Assembly (NCBI GenBank): GCA_013140885.1
Contig: JABFSC010000778.1
Span: 1 to 34,931 of the forward strand
Origin: Deltaproteobacteria bacterium
Lineage (GTDB): Bacteria > Desulfobacterota > Binatia > Bin18
Direction of reading: 5' to 3'
DNA length: 34,931 bases
The notes under the pieces are model-generated. The model was not told the origin of the DNA, did not search any database, and worked only from the letters and a program-made list of their open reading frames with translations. This document shows, piece after piece, positions 1-9,088 of this stretch. How positions within the stretch are numbered: the stretch's first letter is position 1; the number at the start of each line of letters is the position of its first letter. Made by a program: the position numbers and the translations under genes.

Positions 1-1
1 T

Positions 2-1027
2 CCACGGACAACCCTGAGTTATCAACATGTCACGGAACGCGAGGCCATGTACGGTGCGAGTCAGGAAGTGCCATTCCCAGGGAAACTGCGGCTGCGCGGC
101 GCGGTGGCGACCCGCGACGCCGAGCGCCTCGAACAAGAATATCTCGCGGCACGGCTGCGCATCATCGCGCGTCTGAAGGAAGCCTACTATGACCTCCATT
201 TTGTTCATCACTCAATGGCGGTGGTGGACAAGAACAAACGTATTCTTACGGACTTCGCGCATGCGGCTCAGGCCCGCTACGCGGTCGGGCGTGCCGTGCA
301 GCCGGATGTCTTTCGAGCGCAAACCGAATTATCACGGGCGCTCGCGCGCTTGGCGACGTTAGAACAGCGGCGGGATTCCCTGCGGGCGGAGGTCAATCGC
401 CTCGTGAACCGCCCGCCAGTGGACCCGCTGGGAACACCGCCGGAGATCACCCTGACTGGGCTCCAACATAGTCTGGCCGATCTTCAGACTATGATCGAAC
501 AGGCCGCACCGATGCTGCGCGCACAACGCAAAGGGGTCGAACGCGGAGACCAGGCGATCGCCTTGGCACGGCGGGAATATTTCCCGGATTTTGACATCGG
601 GGTGTTCGGCTTTCGCAACGAGACGATGCGACAGAATGGGTATCAATTCATGATCGGTATCACGGTGCCCTTGTACTACGTGACGAAACAGCAACAGGGA
701 GTACAGGAGGCGCTCGCGACACGTGAGAGCGCCGCGCAGGACCTCCAGGCCGTGCGGCAAGACCTGCTGTTCCGCCTCAAGGATAACTTCGCCCAAGTGC
801 AGCGCGCGGAACGGCTCATCTCGATCCTACGGGACGCTATCATTCCGCAGGCCACGTTCACACTTGAGTCGGCCCAGGCCGGATATGCGGTTGGCACGGT
901 TGATTTCTTGACCTTGTTAAACAGCCTACTCACGCTGCAAGAGAATCAACTCGAACTGCACGGCGAGATAGTCGAACACGAAAAGGCCATCGCTCGGCTT
1001 GAAGAAACCGTGGGGACCGCGCCATGA
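2..1027 (+). CDS. cusC: Outer-membrane efflux factor (TolC/CusC family), 5'-truncated by the window edge
   Basis: The reading frame is open from nt 2, with no stop before the listed ATG at 47. The sequence is helical and Ala/Leu/Gln/Arg-rich, typical of OMF proteins. Its stop overlaps the next start (ATGA at 1024-1027). It lies directly upstream of the adaptor and RND pump genes. Confidence 0.75.
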   Translation, partial: PRTTLSYQHVTEREAMYGASQEVPFPGKLRLRGAVATRDAERLEQEYLAARLRIIARLKEAYYDLHFVHHSMAVVDKNKRILTDFAHAAQARYAVGRAVQPDVFRAQTELSRALARLATLEQRRDSLRAEVNRLVNRPPVDPLGTPPEITLTGLQHSLADLQTMIEQAAPMLRAQRKGVERGDQAIALARREYFPDFDIGVFGFRNETMRQNGYQFMIGITVPLYYVTKQQQGVQEALATRESAAQDLQAVRQDLLFRLKDNFAQVQRAERLISILRDAIIPQATFTLESAQAGYAVGTVDFLTLLNSLLTLQENQLELHGEIVEHEKAIARLEETVGTAP

Positions 1028-2271
1028 GATTTTCCTTGGGATCGTTGCTGATCGGTATCACGATAGGTGGTGGTGTCGCGGTCGCGGTCTTCTGGGCTGC
1101 GCCGTTTACAACCGTCCGGGTAGCCCAGAACTCACACACCGGAGCGGCGTCGCCCTCATCCGCTCCGGTCACACTCGCTCACGCCAGTCATACCGCCTCG
1201 CCTTCGGCGCCGATGGGAGGGGACGACCCAGCGAAAATCCAGGCGACGCTGTCCGAGAATCAGATGGTGGTGAGTCCCGAACGTCTGCAATCCATCGGCG
1301 TGAAATTCGCCTCTGCCGAACGCCGTCTTCTCGAACGGACCATCCGGACGGTGGGGAGAGTCGAGATCGACGAGCGCCAGCTTGCGCGGGTGAATATCAA
1401 GATCGAGGGCTGGATCGACCAATTACACGTGAACTACACCGGCGAGCGGGTGAAGAAGGACCAACTGCTCTTTACCGTCTATAGTCCAGATCTGGTGGCC
1501 ACCCAACAGGAGTATCTCCTGGCCTTAAAGAGCGGACGGCAGCTCGGCGGCAGCGAATTCCCCGAGGTCGCGGAAGGAGCGAAGTCGTTACTTGAAGTGA
1601 GCCGACAGCGGCTCCAACTCTGGGATGTTCCTGAGCACCAAATCCAGGATCTGGAACGGACCGGCACGGTGCTCAAAGCGCTGCATATCCACTCCCCGAT
1701 TACTGGCACGGTCATCAACAAAGTGGCGATTGCCGGTTTGCACGTGAATCCGGGCGACGAGTTGTACACCATCGCGGACCTCTCGCGGATCTGGATTCTC
1801 GCCGACCTCTACGAGTACGAACTGCCACTGATCAAGATGGGACAGCAAGCGACGGTCACCCTCTCCTACGATCCGGGAACCGTCCTCACCGGGCGCGTTG
1901 GGTTCGTCTACCCCACGATTGATCCCCAAACCCGTACGGGAAAGGTCCGCTTCGAGGTCGAGAATCGCGGCGAACAGTTGAAGCCTGGGATGTATGCCAA
2001 CGTTGCACTTCAAGTCTCGTTCGGGACCCGGTTGGTCGTTCCGCGAGAAGCGATCCTGGAATCAGGGGAGCGCCAAGTCCTCTTCATCCACCACGGCGGC
2101 GGGATGCTCGCATGGCGGACGGCACGGCTCGGCCTCCAAGCTGGAGACTGGGTAGAGGTAGTCGAGGGAGTGAAAGAAGGCGAACACGTGGTCACGTCAG
2201 CCAACTTTTTGATCGACTCGGAAAGCCGCTTGAAGGCTGCGATCAGCGGTATGCGCGGCATGCAACATTAG
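1024..2271 (+). CDS. cusB: RND efflux periplasmic adaptor (membrane fusion protein, CusB-like)
   Basis: 415 aa with an N-terminal membrane anchor (LLIGITIGGGVAVAVFWAAP). The content resembles HlyD/MFP barrel-sandwich proteins (e.g. VNPGDELYTIADLSRIWILADLYEYE). It sits between the OMF and RND genes, with an ATGA overlap with the upstream gene. Confidence 0.85.
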   Translation: MRFSLGSLLIGITIGGGVAVAVFWAAPFTTVRVAQNSHTGAASPSSAPVTLAHASHTASPSAPMGGDDPAKIQATLSENQMVVSPERLQSIGVKFASAERRLLERTIRTVGRVEIDERQLARVNIKIEGWIDQLHVNYTGERVKKDQLLFTVYSPDLVATQQEYLLALKSGRQLGGSEFPEVAEGAKSLLEVSRQRLQLWDVPEHQIQDLERTGTVLKALHIHSPITGTVINKVAIAGLHVNPGDELYTIADLSRIWILADLYEYELPLIKMGQQATVTLSYDPGTVLTGRVGFVYPTIDPQTRTGKVRFEVENRGEQLKPGMYANVALQVSFGTRLVVPREAILESGERQVLFIHHGGGMLAWRTARLGLQAGDWVEVVEGVKEGEHVVTSANFLIDSESRLKAAISGMRGMQH

Positions 2272-2279
2272 GAGGGGCT

Positions 2280-5200
2280 ATGGTTGAACGCATCATCGAC
2301 TTTAGTGCCCGCAACCGCTTCATTGTGCTGCTCCTCGTCTTCGGTTCCGCCGCCGCCGGTCTGTGGGCGTTGAAGAACACGCCGATGGACGCCATTCCTG
2401 ACCTCTCGGATACCCAAGTCATCATCTATACCACGTGGATGGGACGTTCACCGGATCTCGTGGAAGATCAAGTGACCTATCCCATTGTGACCACCCTCCT
2501 GTCCGCCCCAAAAGTCACGGCCGTGCGCGGGTTCTCGGACTTCGGTTTCTCCTACGTCTATGTGTTGTTTGAGGACGGCACGGACCTCTATTGGGCACGA
2601 TCCCGCGTGCTGGAGTACATGAACCAGCTCCTGGGCCGTCTGCCAGAAGGAGTCACCCCTCAGCTCGGCCCAGATGCCACGGCTGTTGGCTGGGTCTTTC
2701 AATACGCGCTTGTCGATGAAAGCGGGCAGCAAGACCTGGCGTCCCTGCGGTCCTTCCAAGACTGGTACTTGCGCTACTGGCTGCGGAGTGTCGATGGCGT
2801 CGCCGAAGTGGCCAGCGTCGGTGGCTTCGTGCGCCAGTATCAGGTGAATTTGGATCCCACCAAGGTCCTCGCCTATAAACTGTCAATCTCAGAGATTATT
2901 GAAAAAATACGGATGAACAATAACGACGTGGGGGGCCGTGTCGTGGAGTTCTCCGGCATCGAATACATGATTCGCGGGCGCGGCTATATCAAATCGACCA
3001 CGGATATCGAGCGGATCGCCTTGAGTGTGAACCAGAACGGCACGCCGATTCTGCTGCGCGATGTCGCCACGGTGCGCTTAGGGCCGGATATGCGCCGCGG
3101 TGTGGTCGAACTCAACGGCCAGGGAGAAGTCGTTGGCGGCATTGTGGTCATGCGCTTCGGCGAAGATGTCCCCAAGGTGATTGCACGCGTGAAGGCCAAG
3201 CTGACCGCGCTCGCACCGTCGCTGCCACCAGGGGTTAAAGTGGTGAGCATGTATGATCGTAGCGACCTCATTCATGAATCCATCGCGACCGCGAATGAGA
3301 ATCTGCTCGAGGAACTCCTCGTCGTGAGTGTCTTGGTCGTGGGGTTTCTCTTGCACCTCCGGTCGGCGCTGATCCCGATCATCATGCTGCCGTTGGCGAT
3401 CCTGATTTCTTTCATCCCCGCGTACTTCCTAGGGGTTGGGCTCAACATCATGTCCATTGGCGGCATTATTGTCGCTATTGGCGATATGGTCGATGCCGCG
3501 ATTATCATCGTGGACAACGCGCATAAGCGGCTAGAAGAGTGGGAACAAGGAGGTCGAGTCGGCGACCGTGCCCAGATTCTCATTGACGCGGCCAAAGAAG
3601 TCGGCCCAGCGATTTTCACCTCCGTATTAGTCATTGCCATTTCGTTTACCCCGGTCTTCGCTTTGGAGGCGCAAGAAGGTCGCTTGTTCAAACCGTTGGC
3701 GTTTACCAACAACCTGGCGATTGCCATGAGTGCCGTGCTGGCGATTACCTTGATCCCCGCGTTACTGGTGCCTCTCATGCGCGGGCGCATCATCCCGGAA
3801 CACCGTCATCCGGTGAACCGGTTCTTACAGCAGCTCTATGCGCCGGTCCTCCGGCTCGCGCTGCGCCATCGTGGGGTCGTCGTCCTGCTTGCCGTTGGGC
3901 TGACCATCAGCATCGTTCCCATCTACCAACGGATGGGCTCCGAGTTCATGCCCCCCCTGTATGAGGGGACCATCTTGTACATGCCGACGACGTTGCCAGG
4001 GATTTCCGTGACCGAGGCGGGCATGCTGCTCCAGCAAATGGATCGGAAGCTGAAAGCCTTCCCAGAGGTTGCCCACGTCTTCGGGAAAGCGGGCCGCGCC
4101 GAAACGTCCACGGACTCCGCGCCCTTCAGTATGATGGAGGTCGTCGTTGGCCTCAAATCGAAAGACCAGTGGCGTCCGGGCATGACGTACGAAGCGCTCG
4201 TTGATGACATGGACAAGACGCTTCAATTTCCGGGTGTGACGAACGCCTGGACGATGCCGATCAAGGCGCGGACCGACATGCTCACCACGGGAGTACGAAC
4301 ACCCGTGGGCATCAAGATTTTTGGCCCTGATCTCAAGCAGATTGAAGAGATTGGTCAGCATATAGAAATGACGGTACGAAATGTCACCGGCACACGCAGC
4401 GTCTACGCGGAACGTGTATCGGGAGGATATTTCCTCGACTTCACCATCAACCGCGAGGAAATTGCCCGGTACGGGTTGGCGGTGATGGACGTCGGTCAGA
4501 TCATCGAATCCGCCATTGGAGGAGAAAACATTGCCACGACCATTGAAGGCCGCGAGCGCTATCCCATCAACGTGCGCTATTTGCGGGAACTGCGGGATGA
4601 TCCAGAAAAACTCAACCGGGTCCTGGTCCCGACACCCACGGGCGCGCAGGTGCCATTAGCGCAGTTAACGACGCTGCGATTCGTGTCGGGCCCACCGATG
4701 ATTCGTGACGAGGATGGCATGCTCTCCGGCTATGTGTACGTCGATATGACGGGGCGCGATGTCGGTGGCTATGTCGAGGACCTCAAACGCGCCGTACAGG
4801 ACAAGGTCACGTTACCGCCCGGCTACACCATCACGTGGTCAGGACAGTATGAGTTCATGCAACGGGTGCAGGCCCGTTTATTGATTGTCGTTCCACTGAC
4901 CATCGCCATTATTTTTGTGCTTTTCTATCTTGAGTTTCGCTCCATCTCCGAGACCCTCATGGTGATGCTCGGTCTGCCCCTCTGCCTGGTCGGCGCGATC
5001 TGGTACCTCGCTCTCTTGGAGTACAACATGAGCATTGCCGTGTGGGTGGGCATCCTGGCATTGGCCGGGACAGCCGCGGAGACGAGCGCGGCCATGCTGG
5101 TGTATTTGGACAGCGCCTGCGCACGCAGGAAAGGCGTAGGTCAGTTGCGGTCACTTCAGGATTTGCTGGAGACCGTACACGCTGGAGCGGTCGAACGCAT

Positions 5201-5432
5201 TCGTCCCATGGTGATGGTGAGTGTGGTCGATATTTTGGGACTCGTACCGACGATGTGGGCGACGGGGACGGGAGCGGACGTGATGAAACGCCTCGCGGCG
5301 CCAACGGTTGGTGGTGTGATGTCTGGGCTTGTCCTTACCCTATTCGTCATTCCGGCTTTGTACGCGATGTGGAAATGGCGCTGGGAAATACAGCCCGCAC
5401 TGGTACGGGCAAACGAAGGAATCCAAGCATAA
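2280..5432 (+). CDS. cusA: Heavy-metal-efflux RND inner-membrane pump (CusA-like, Cu(I)/Ag(I))
   Basis: The ORF track starts at 2112, but ATG 2280 is preceded by AGGAGG (2269-2274) and yields the typical RND N-terminus MVERIIDFSARNRFIVLLL. TM4 carries AIGDMVDAAIIIVDNA, which matches the HME-RND A-x5-D-x6-(E/D) proton-relay motif in its CusA-like form. Length is about 1050 aa. Confidence 0.9.
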   Translation: MVERIIDFSARNRFIVLLLVFGSAAAGLWALKNTPMDAIPDLSDTQVIIYTTWMGRSPDLVEDQVTYPIVTTLLSAPKVTAVRGFSDFGFSYVYVLFEDGTDLYWARSRVLEYMNQLLGRLPEGVTPQLGPDATAVGWVFQYALVDESGQQDLASLRSFQDWYLRYWLRSVDGVAEVASVGGFVRQYQVNLDPTKVLAYKLSISEIIEKIRMNNNDVGGRVVEFSGIEYMIRGRGYIKSTTDIERIALSVNQNGTPILLRDVATVRLGPDMRRGVVELNGQGEVVGGIVVMRFGEDVPKVIARVKAKLTALAPSLPPGVKVVSMYDRSDLIHESIATANENLLEELLVVSVLVVGFLLHLRSALIPIIMLPLAILISFIPAYFLGVGLNIMSIGGIIVAIGDMVDAAIIIVDNAHKRLEEWEQGGRVGDRAQILIDAAKEVGPAIFTSVLVIAISFTPVFALEAQEGRLFKPLAFTNNLAIAMSAVLAITLIPALLVPLMRGRIIPEHRHPVNRFLQQLYAPVLRLALRHRGVVVLLAVGLTISIVPIYQRMGSEFMPPLYEGTILYMPTTLPGISVTEAGMLLQQMDRKLKAFPEVAHVFGKAGRAETSTDSAPFSMMEVVVGLKSKDQWRPGMTYEALVDDMDKTLQFPGVTNAWTMPIKARTDMLTTGVRTPVGIKIFGPDLKQIEEIGQHIEMTVRNVTGTRSVYAERVSGGYFLDFTINREEIARYGLAVMDVGQIIESAIGGENIATTIEGRERYPINVRYLRELRDDPEKLNRVLVPTPTGAQVPLAQLTTLRFVSGPPMIRDEDGMLSGYVYVDMTGRDVGGYVEDLKRAVQDKVTLPPGYTITWSGQYEFMQRVQARLLIVVPLTIAIIFVLFYLEFRSISETLMVMLGLPLCLVGAIWYLALLEYNMSIAVWVGILALAGTAAETSAAMLVYLDSACARRKGVGQLRSLQDLLETVHAGAVERIRPMVMVSVVDILGLVPTMWATGTGADVMKRLAAPTVGGVMSGLVLTLFVIPALYAMWKWRWEIQPALVRANEGIQA

Positions 5433-5515
5433 AGGAGAATGCCCGGTGGAGACATGAGCAGTGTAGGTACAAACTTGTTGTGAAATACCCCGATTTTTCT
5501 CGGAAAGGAGCAGTT

Positions 5516-6403
5516 ATGAAAAGAACCTCTCTTCTCTCTCTCGTCATTCTTGCGACACCCGTGTTGGTGGCGGTGCTGTCCATCGAAGGCCGATTCGCGC
5601 ACGCCCAGAGCGGCCACACTCAGGACGCAAGCAAGGATGAACGTGACCAGATGCTGGCCGCGCGGATTCAAGAACTCCCGGTCAAGGTCGTTAGACTCAA
5701 GGCGGCTCTGGCTGAAAACCAGTGGGGGCCCGCGACCGGTGTGGCTGGCGTCACCACGATAGGGATGCCGATGGGGGCGGGCGGCCAGCCGTCTGGCATG
5801 GGGATGATGGAAGGTGGTCACATGGGGATGGGGATGCAAGGTCAGGGAGGTGGCATGTCCTCAATGACAGCCGGCAGCGGCGCCTCATCTGGTTCCGGGG
5901 TAATGGGCGGTATGGACATGATGGGAAAGGTCAGCGGCTCAGGGAGGATGCCCATGTCGTCAGCGCTACCCGGCTTTCCTGGGGCCTCGCATCTGTATCA
6001 TGTTGGCGCCACCGGTTTCTTCCTCGATCACCCTGAGCACATCACGCTCACGATGGAGCAGCAAACAGCGCTGAGTCGTATCAAGGAAAAGGCGCTCTTG
6101 GAGCAGGCAACGACGCAGCGAAAGATCGAGGGGACAGAACAGGAGTTATGGACGTTGACCGGCGCGGAGCAGCCACTTGTCGACAAAGTTGATGCGAAAG
6201 TGAGGGAAATCGAAAAGCTCCGCGCCGATCAGCGGCTCGCATTCATCCGTGCGGTTGGGGAGGCCGCCCAGGCGCTGACGGATGAGCAACGCAAGGCACT
6301 CTTAGGGCAAATCCCCCCCGCGACTCCCAGTACGCCGCAGGCTGCGACTCCCGGCATGCCGTCAGGGGCACCCAACGCCGGTACTGGGATGAGTGATATG
6401 TGA
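5516..6403 (+). CDS. Secreted Met/Gly-rich protein with a C-terminal LTxxQ (CpxP/ZraP/Metal_resist-like) helical domain
   Basis: ATG 5516 follows GGAAAGGAG and gives the signal peptide MKRTSLLSLVILATPVLVAVLSIEGRFAHAQ. A Met/Gly-rich stretch follows (MGMPMGAGGQPSGMGMMEGGHMGMGMQGQGGGMSSM). The C-terminal part has two LTxxQ motifs (LTMEQQTAL, LTDEQRKAL). It is a paralog of 10637-11314. The upstream part of the 5042 ORF overlaps cusA and was rejected. Confidence 0.8.
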   Translation: MKRTSLLSLVILATPVLVAVLSIEGRFAHAQSGHTQDASKDERDQMLAARIQELPVKVVRLKAALAENQWGPATGVAGVTTIGMPMGAGGQPSGMGMMEGGHMGMGMQGQGGGMSSMTAGSGASSGSGVMGGMDMMGKVSGSGRMPMSSALPGFPGASHLYHVGATGFFLDHPEHITLTMEQQTALSRIKEKALLEQATTQRKIEGTEQELWTLTGAEQPLVDKVDAKVREIEKLRADQRLAFIRAVGEAAQALTDEQRKALLGQIPPATPSTPQAATPGMPSGAPNAGTGMSDM

Positions 6404-6417
6404 GAAGTACGGGAGAT

Positions 6418-8328
6418 ATGCGCATGCGTAACAGGTATCATCGCCGTAGCGTGTTCTCACGCCTTCGCGTGGCCGTCGTGTGCCTGGGATTAGCGGTTGC
6501 GACCCCGGGCTATAGCCAAGTGTCGCCCAGTGAGCACGAAGCGCATCATCCCGGTCAAGGACAGACCGCGCCAGTTGCCTCACCGCCCGCGAGTCCGGGA
6601 GCGGCGGGCAATATGGGACAAGGGATGGGGGAGATGATGAAGGGGATGGGTGAGATGATGAAAGGGATGGGGATGTCCCCGCGCAAAGAGCTCTATCCCT
6701 CACTGATGGAGTTACCGGAGCTGCCGCCAGAACGGCGTGTCGAGATGGAGACGTTGGCCCATGAGCGCATGCTGACAGGGACCGCACTGCTCTCTTCGGG
6801 CCTCGACCAACTCGCGCAGGCGACGGCGCAAAAGGACTATTCGGCCATGCAGAAAGCAACCGCGCAGGTGCGGTTCGGTCTCGCTCAGTTCGAGAGTGGA
6901 TTGGCGGCTCACCGCGCGTTGGCCGACGGCAAGGGGGCCCGCGACGTGGCCCTCCAATGGTTCCAACGTACGATGAGCCTCGCGCCGGCGGCCGACGATG
7001 AGTCTCCGCGTGAGATCTTTGGCTTATCTTGGTTTCACTACATGACGATGGTTCTCCTCACGGCATTCGCGATCACGATGATTTGGATGTACTTCCACAA
7101 GATGCGGCGAGCCACGCAGCTCCTTCAAAGCTTGACGGGGGGCATCCCACTCGCGCCGACAACCGCGACTGTTGCCGCCGCGCTGGGACAAACCTCTCCG
7201 CCCGTCAGTGGGCTCGCTTCTCCCCTCGTTCCCGTGGCCGATGGGGCGTTCGTCCCTGCGCAGCCGGGTAAATGGTTAGGCAAACTGCGTGTGGGCCGGA
7301 TCTTCCAGGAGACGCCAGACGTGAAGACGTTTCGGCTCATGAACCCCCTTGGCGGCGTGCTGCCGTTCGCATACCTCCCTGGGCAGTTTCTTACCGTGAC
7401 CGTGACCCCGGACGGCAAGCTGGTGAAGCGCGGCTACACCATCGCCTCCTCGCCGACGCAGCATGACTACGTGGAGATTACCGTCAAGCACGAAGAGGGG
7501 GGAGTGGTGTCGGGCTTCCTCCACGCCCGTGTTCAGGAAGGGGATCTGTTGGAGTTTTCCGGTCCCTCAGGCTCCTTCATTTTCACCGGGCGGGAGTGTC
7601 GGTGTATCCTGCTCATCGGCGGCGGCGTGGGCATCACGCCGCTGATGAGCGTCCTTCGCTACCTGACCGACCGCGCCTGGCCGGGGGACATCTTCCTCAT
7701 GTACGGTTGTAAGAGCCCCCGCGACATCATCTTCCGCGAAGAACTGGATTACCTCCAGCGGCGCCATCCGAACCTGCGCGTGGTGATCGTCGTGTCGCAT
7801 GCCGAAGGGACGGATTGGAAGGGGCCGACAGGCTTCATTACCAAGGAACTGATCAGCCAGTCCGTGCCGGATATCGCGTCGCGCTATGTGCACATCTGTG
7901 GTCCCGTGCCCATGATGGAAGCGGCGAAGAAGATCCTGGCCGAACTCGGCGTACCAAAGGAGCGCGTCAAGACTGAGGCGTTCGGTTTGGCTATGGGGAA
8001 GCCGGAGCCGACGATGCCGCTCGCCGAACTTCCGCTTGGGAAGGAAGAGAAGGCCGCCCAGATAGCCCTCCCCGTAGTTACGTTCTCTCTGTCGAATAAG
8101 TCGGCCCCGTTTGCGCCTGACAAGGTCATCCTCGATGTGGCGGACGAGATCGGCGTCGAGATCGACAACTCCTGTCGCGTGGGTACCTGCGGGACTTGCC
8201 GGGTGAAGCTGCTGGCCGGCCAGGTGACCATGGCCGTCGAGAATGGCCTGGAGCCCGGCGACAAGGAGCAGGGCATCATCCTAGCCTGCCAGGCCAAGTC
8301 TACGGGCAACGTGACGGTGGAGGCGTGA
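6418..8328 (+). CDS. Membrane-anchored FNR-like oxidoreductase (FAD/NAD(P)H domains plus C-terminal plant-type 2Fe-2S) with an N-terminal periplasmic Met/His-rich domain
   Basis: The N-terminus looks like a signal peptide (RLRVAVVCLGLAVATPGYSQ). It is followed by HEAHHPGQGQ and GMGEMMKGMGEMMKGMGM, then a helical region and a single TM helix (WFHYMTMVLLTAFAITMIWMYF). FNR motifs are RGYTIAS (RxY[ST]), GGVVSGFL, LLIGGGVGITPLMS and ICGPVPMM. The ferredoxin motif is C-x4-C-x2-C-x29-C (CRVGTCGTCRV...LACQ). The start is uncertain: GTG 6400, ATG 6418 or ATG 6424. Confidence 0.85.
   Translation: MRMRNRYHRRSVFSRLRVAVVCLGLAVATPGYSQVSPSEHEAHHPGQGQTAPVASPPASPGAAGNMGQGMGEMMKGMGEMMKGMGMSPRKELYPSLMELPELPPERRVEMETLAHERMLTGTALLSSGLDQLAQATAQKDYSAMQKATAQVRFGLAQFESGLAAHRALADGKGARDVALQWFQRTMSLAPAADDESPREIFGLSWFHYMTMVLLTAFAITMIWMYFHKMRRATQLLQSLTGGIPLAPTTATVAAALGQTSPPVSGLASPLVPVADGAFVPAQPGKWLGKLRVGRIFQETPDVKTFRLMNPLGGVLPFAYLPGQFLTVTVTPDGKLVKRGYTIASSPTQHDYVEITVKHEEGGVVSGFLHARVQEGDLLEFSGPSGSFIFTGRECRCILLIGGGVGITPLMSVLRYLTDRAWPGDIFLMYGCKSPRDIIFREELDYLQRRHPNLRVVIVVSHAEGTDWKGPTGFITKELISQSVPDIASRYVHICGPVPMMEAAKKILAELGVPKERVKTEAFGLAMGKPEPTMPLAELPLGKEEKAAQIALPVVTFSLSNKSAPFAPDKVILDVADEIGVEIDNSCRVGTCGTCRVKLLAGQVTMAVENGLEPGDKEQGIILACQAKSTGNVTVEA
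6622..6672 (+). repeat. In-frame 21-bp tandem repeat (2.4 units) encoding GMGEMMK
   Basis: gggatgggggagatgatgaag (6622-6642), gggatgggtgagatgatgaaa (6643-6663) and gggatgggg (6664-6672), read directly from the sequence. Confidence 0.9.
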
Positions 8329-8329
8329 G

Positions 8330-9088
8330 ATGAAAGAGCACGAGCCTATGGTCGTCGGAGGGTTGGTGGCCCTGCTGGTGGTACTGTGGCTAGGCTTCCG
8401 GTTCCACGTCTCCCCCAGCTTTGCTGGCAGTTTCTGGGGTGGCGTGTTCGGGGTATCGGGCGCGCTGCTCATGCTCTTGTCCGCGGTGTACCTGGTGGTC
8501 AAGCGAGTTCCGCCCCTTAAATTATGGGTCACCGGCCGAGTCTCTATGCAGACCCTGCTGACCTGGCACATGTATACCGGCATCGTGGGCGCCCTCCTGG
8601 GCTTGCTGCACACGGGTCATAAGTTCAACAGCCCCCTCGGAATCGCCCTGACGGCGGTGTCGCTCCTCGTCGTCCTGAGCGGGTTCGTCGGGCGCCATTT
8701 GATGAAGCAGATTTCCTTGGAGATCCGCGAAAAGAAGGAAATGCTGACCAGTTTAGAGTTGGCCTACCGACAGACGGTGGGCGAGGTGGCCGCGCATCCC
8801 GATCTGACCACCATCCTGTGGCCCCTGGCGGGATTCTGGTCACGCCTGGTGGTGGGGCTCCTCGTGACGACTCCGACGGAATCGGGCTCGCTGCCCGCCC
8901 CCGTTCGTGCGCTCCGGCTGGCTGATGCCATCGCTGACCTGGAGTACGCCATTAGGACTCACGAGACCTTCAAACGATGGTTCGCCGCTTGGCTCAAGGT
9001 TCACATCCTCACCGGCTTCGTTCTGTATAGCTTGCTGGGCCTGCACATCTGGGCGGGCATTTACTTTGGGCTGAGGTGGTTCGCATGA
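8330..9088 (+). CDS. Polytopic membrane protein, putative di-heme b-type cytochrome (ferric-reductase/MsrQ-like logic)
   Basis: GGAGG (8319-8323) lies 6 nt before ATG 8330, which is 1 nt after the upstream stop. The protein has about 6 hydrophobic helices. Two helices carry His pairs exactly 14 residues apart within a shared pattern: WHMYTGIVGALLGLLH and VHILTGFVLYSLLGLH. Confidence 0.6.
   Translation: MKEHEPMVVGGLVALLVVLWLGFRFHVSPSFAGSFWGGVFGVSGALLMLLSAVYLVVKRVPPLKLWVTGRVSMQTLLTWHMYTGIVGALLGLLHTGHKFNSPLGIALTAVSLLVVLSGFVGRHLMKQISLEIREKKEMLTSLELAYRQTVGEVAAHPDLTTILWPLAGFWSRLVVGLLVTTPTESGSLPAPVRALRLADAIADLEYAIRTHETFKRWFAAWLKVHILTGFVLYSLLGLHIWAGIYFGLRWFA

Noticed and set aside
2112-2279. Upstream extension of the cusA ORF (the ORF track starts at 2112).
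   Set aside because: The extension overlaps the 3' end of cusB in another frame and encodes an Arg-rich, non-RND-like peptide. ATG 2280 has a strong AGGAGG and gives the canonical RND N-terminus.
5042-5515. Upstream 158 codons of the 5042-6403 ORF.
   Set aside because: This part overlaps cusA out of frame and is Arg/Gly-rich, as expected for an off-frame translation of GC-rich coding DNA. A signal peptide and RBS appear at ATG 5516.
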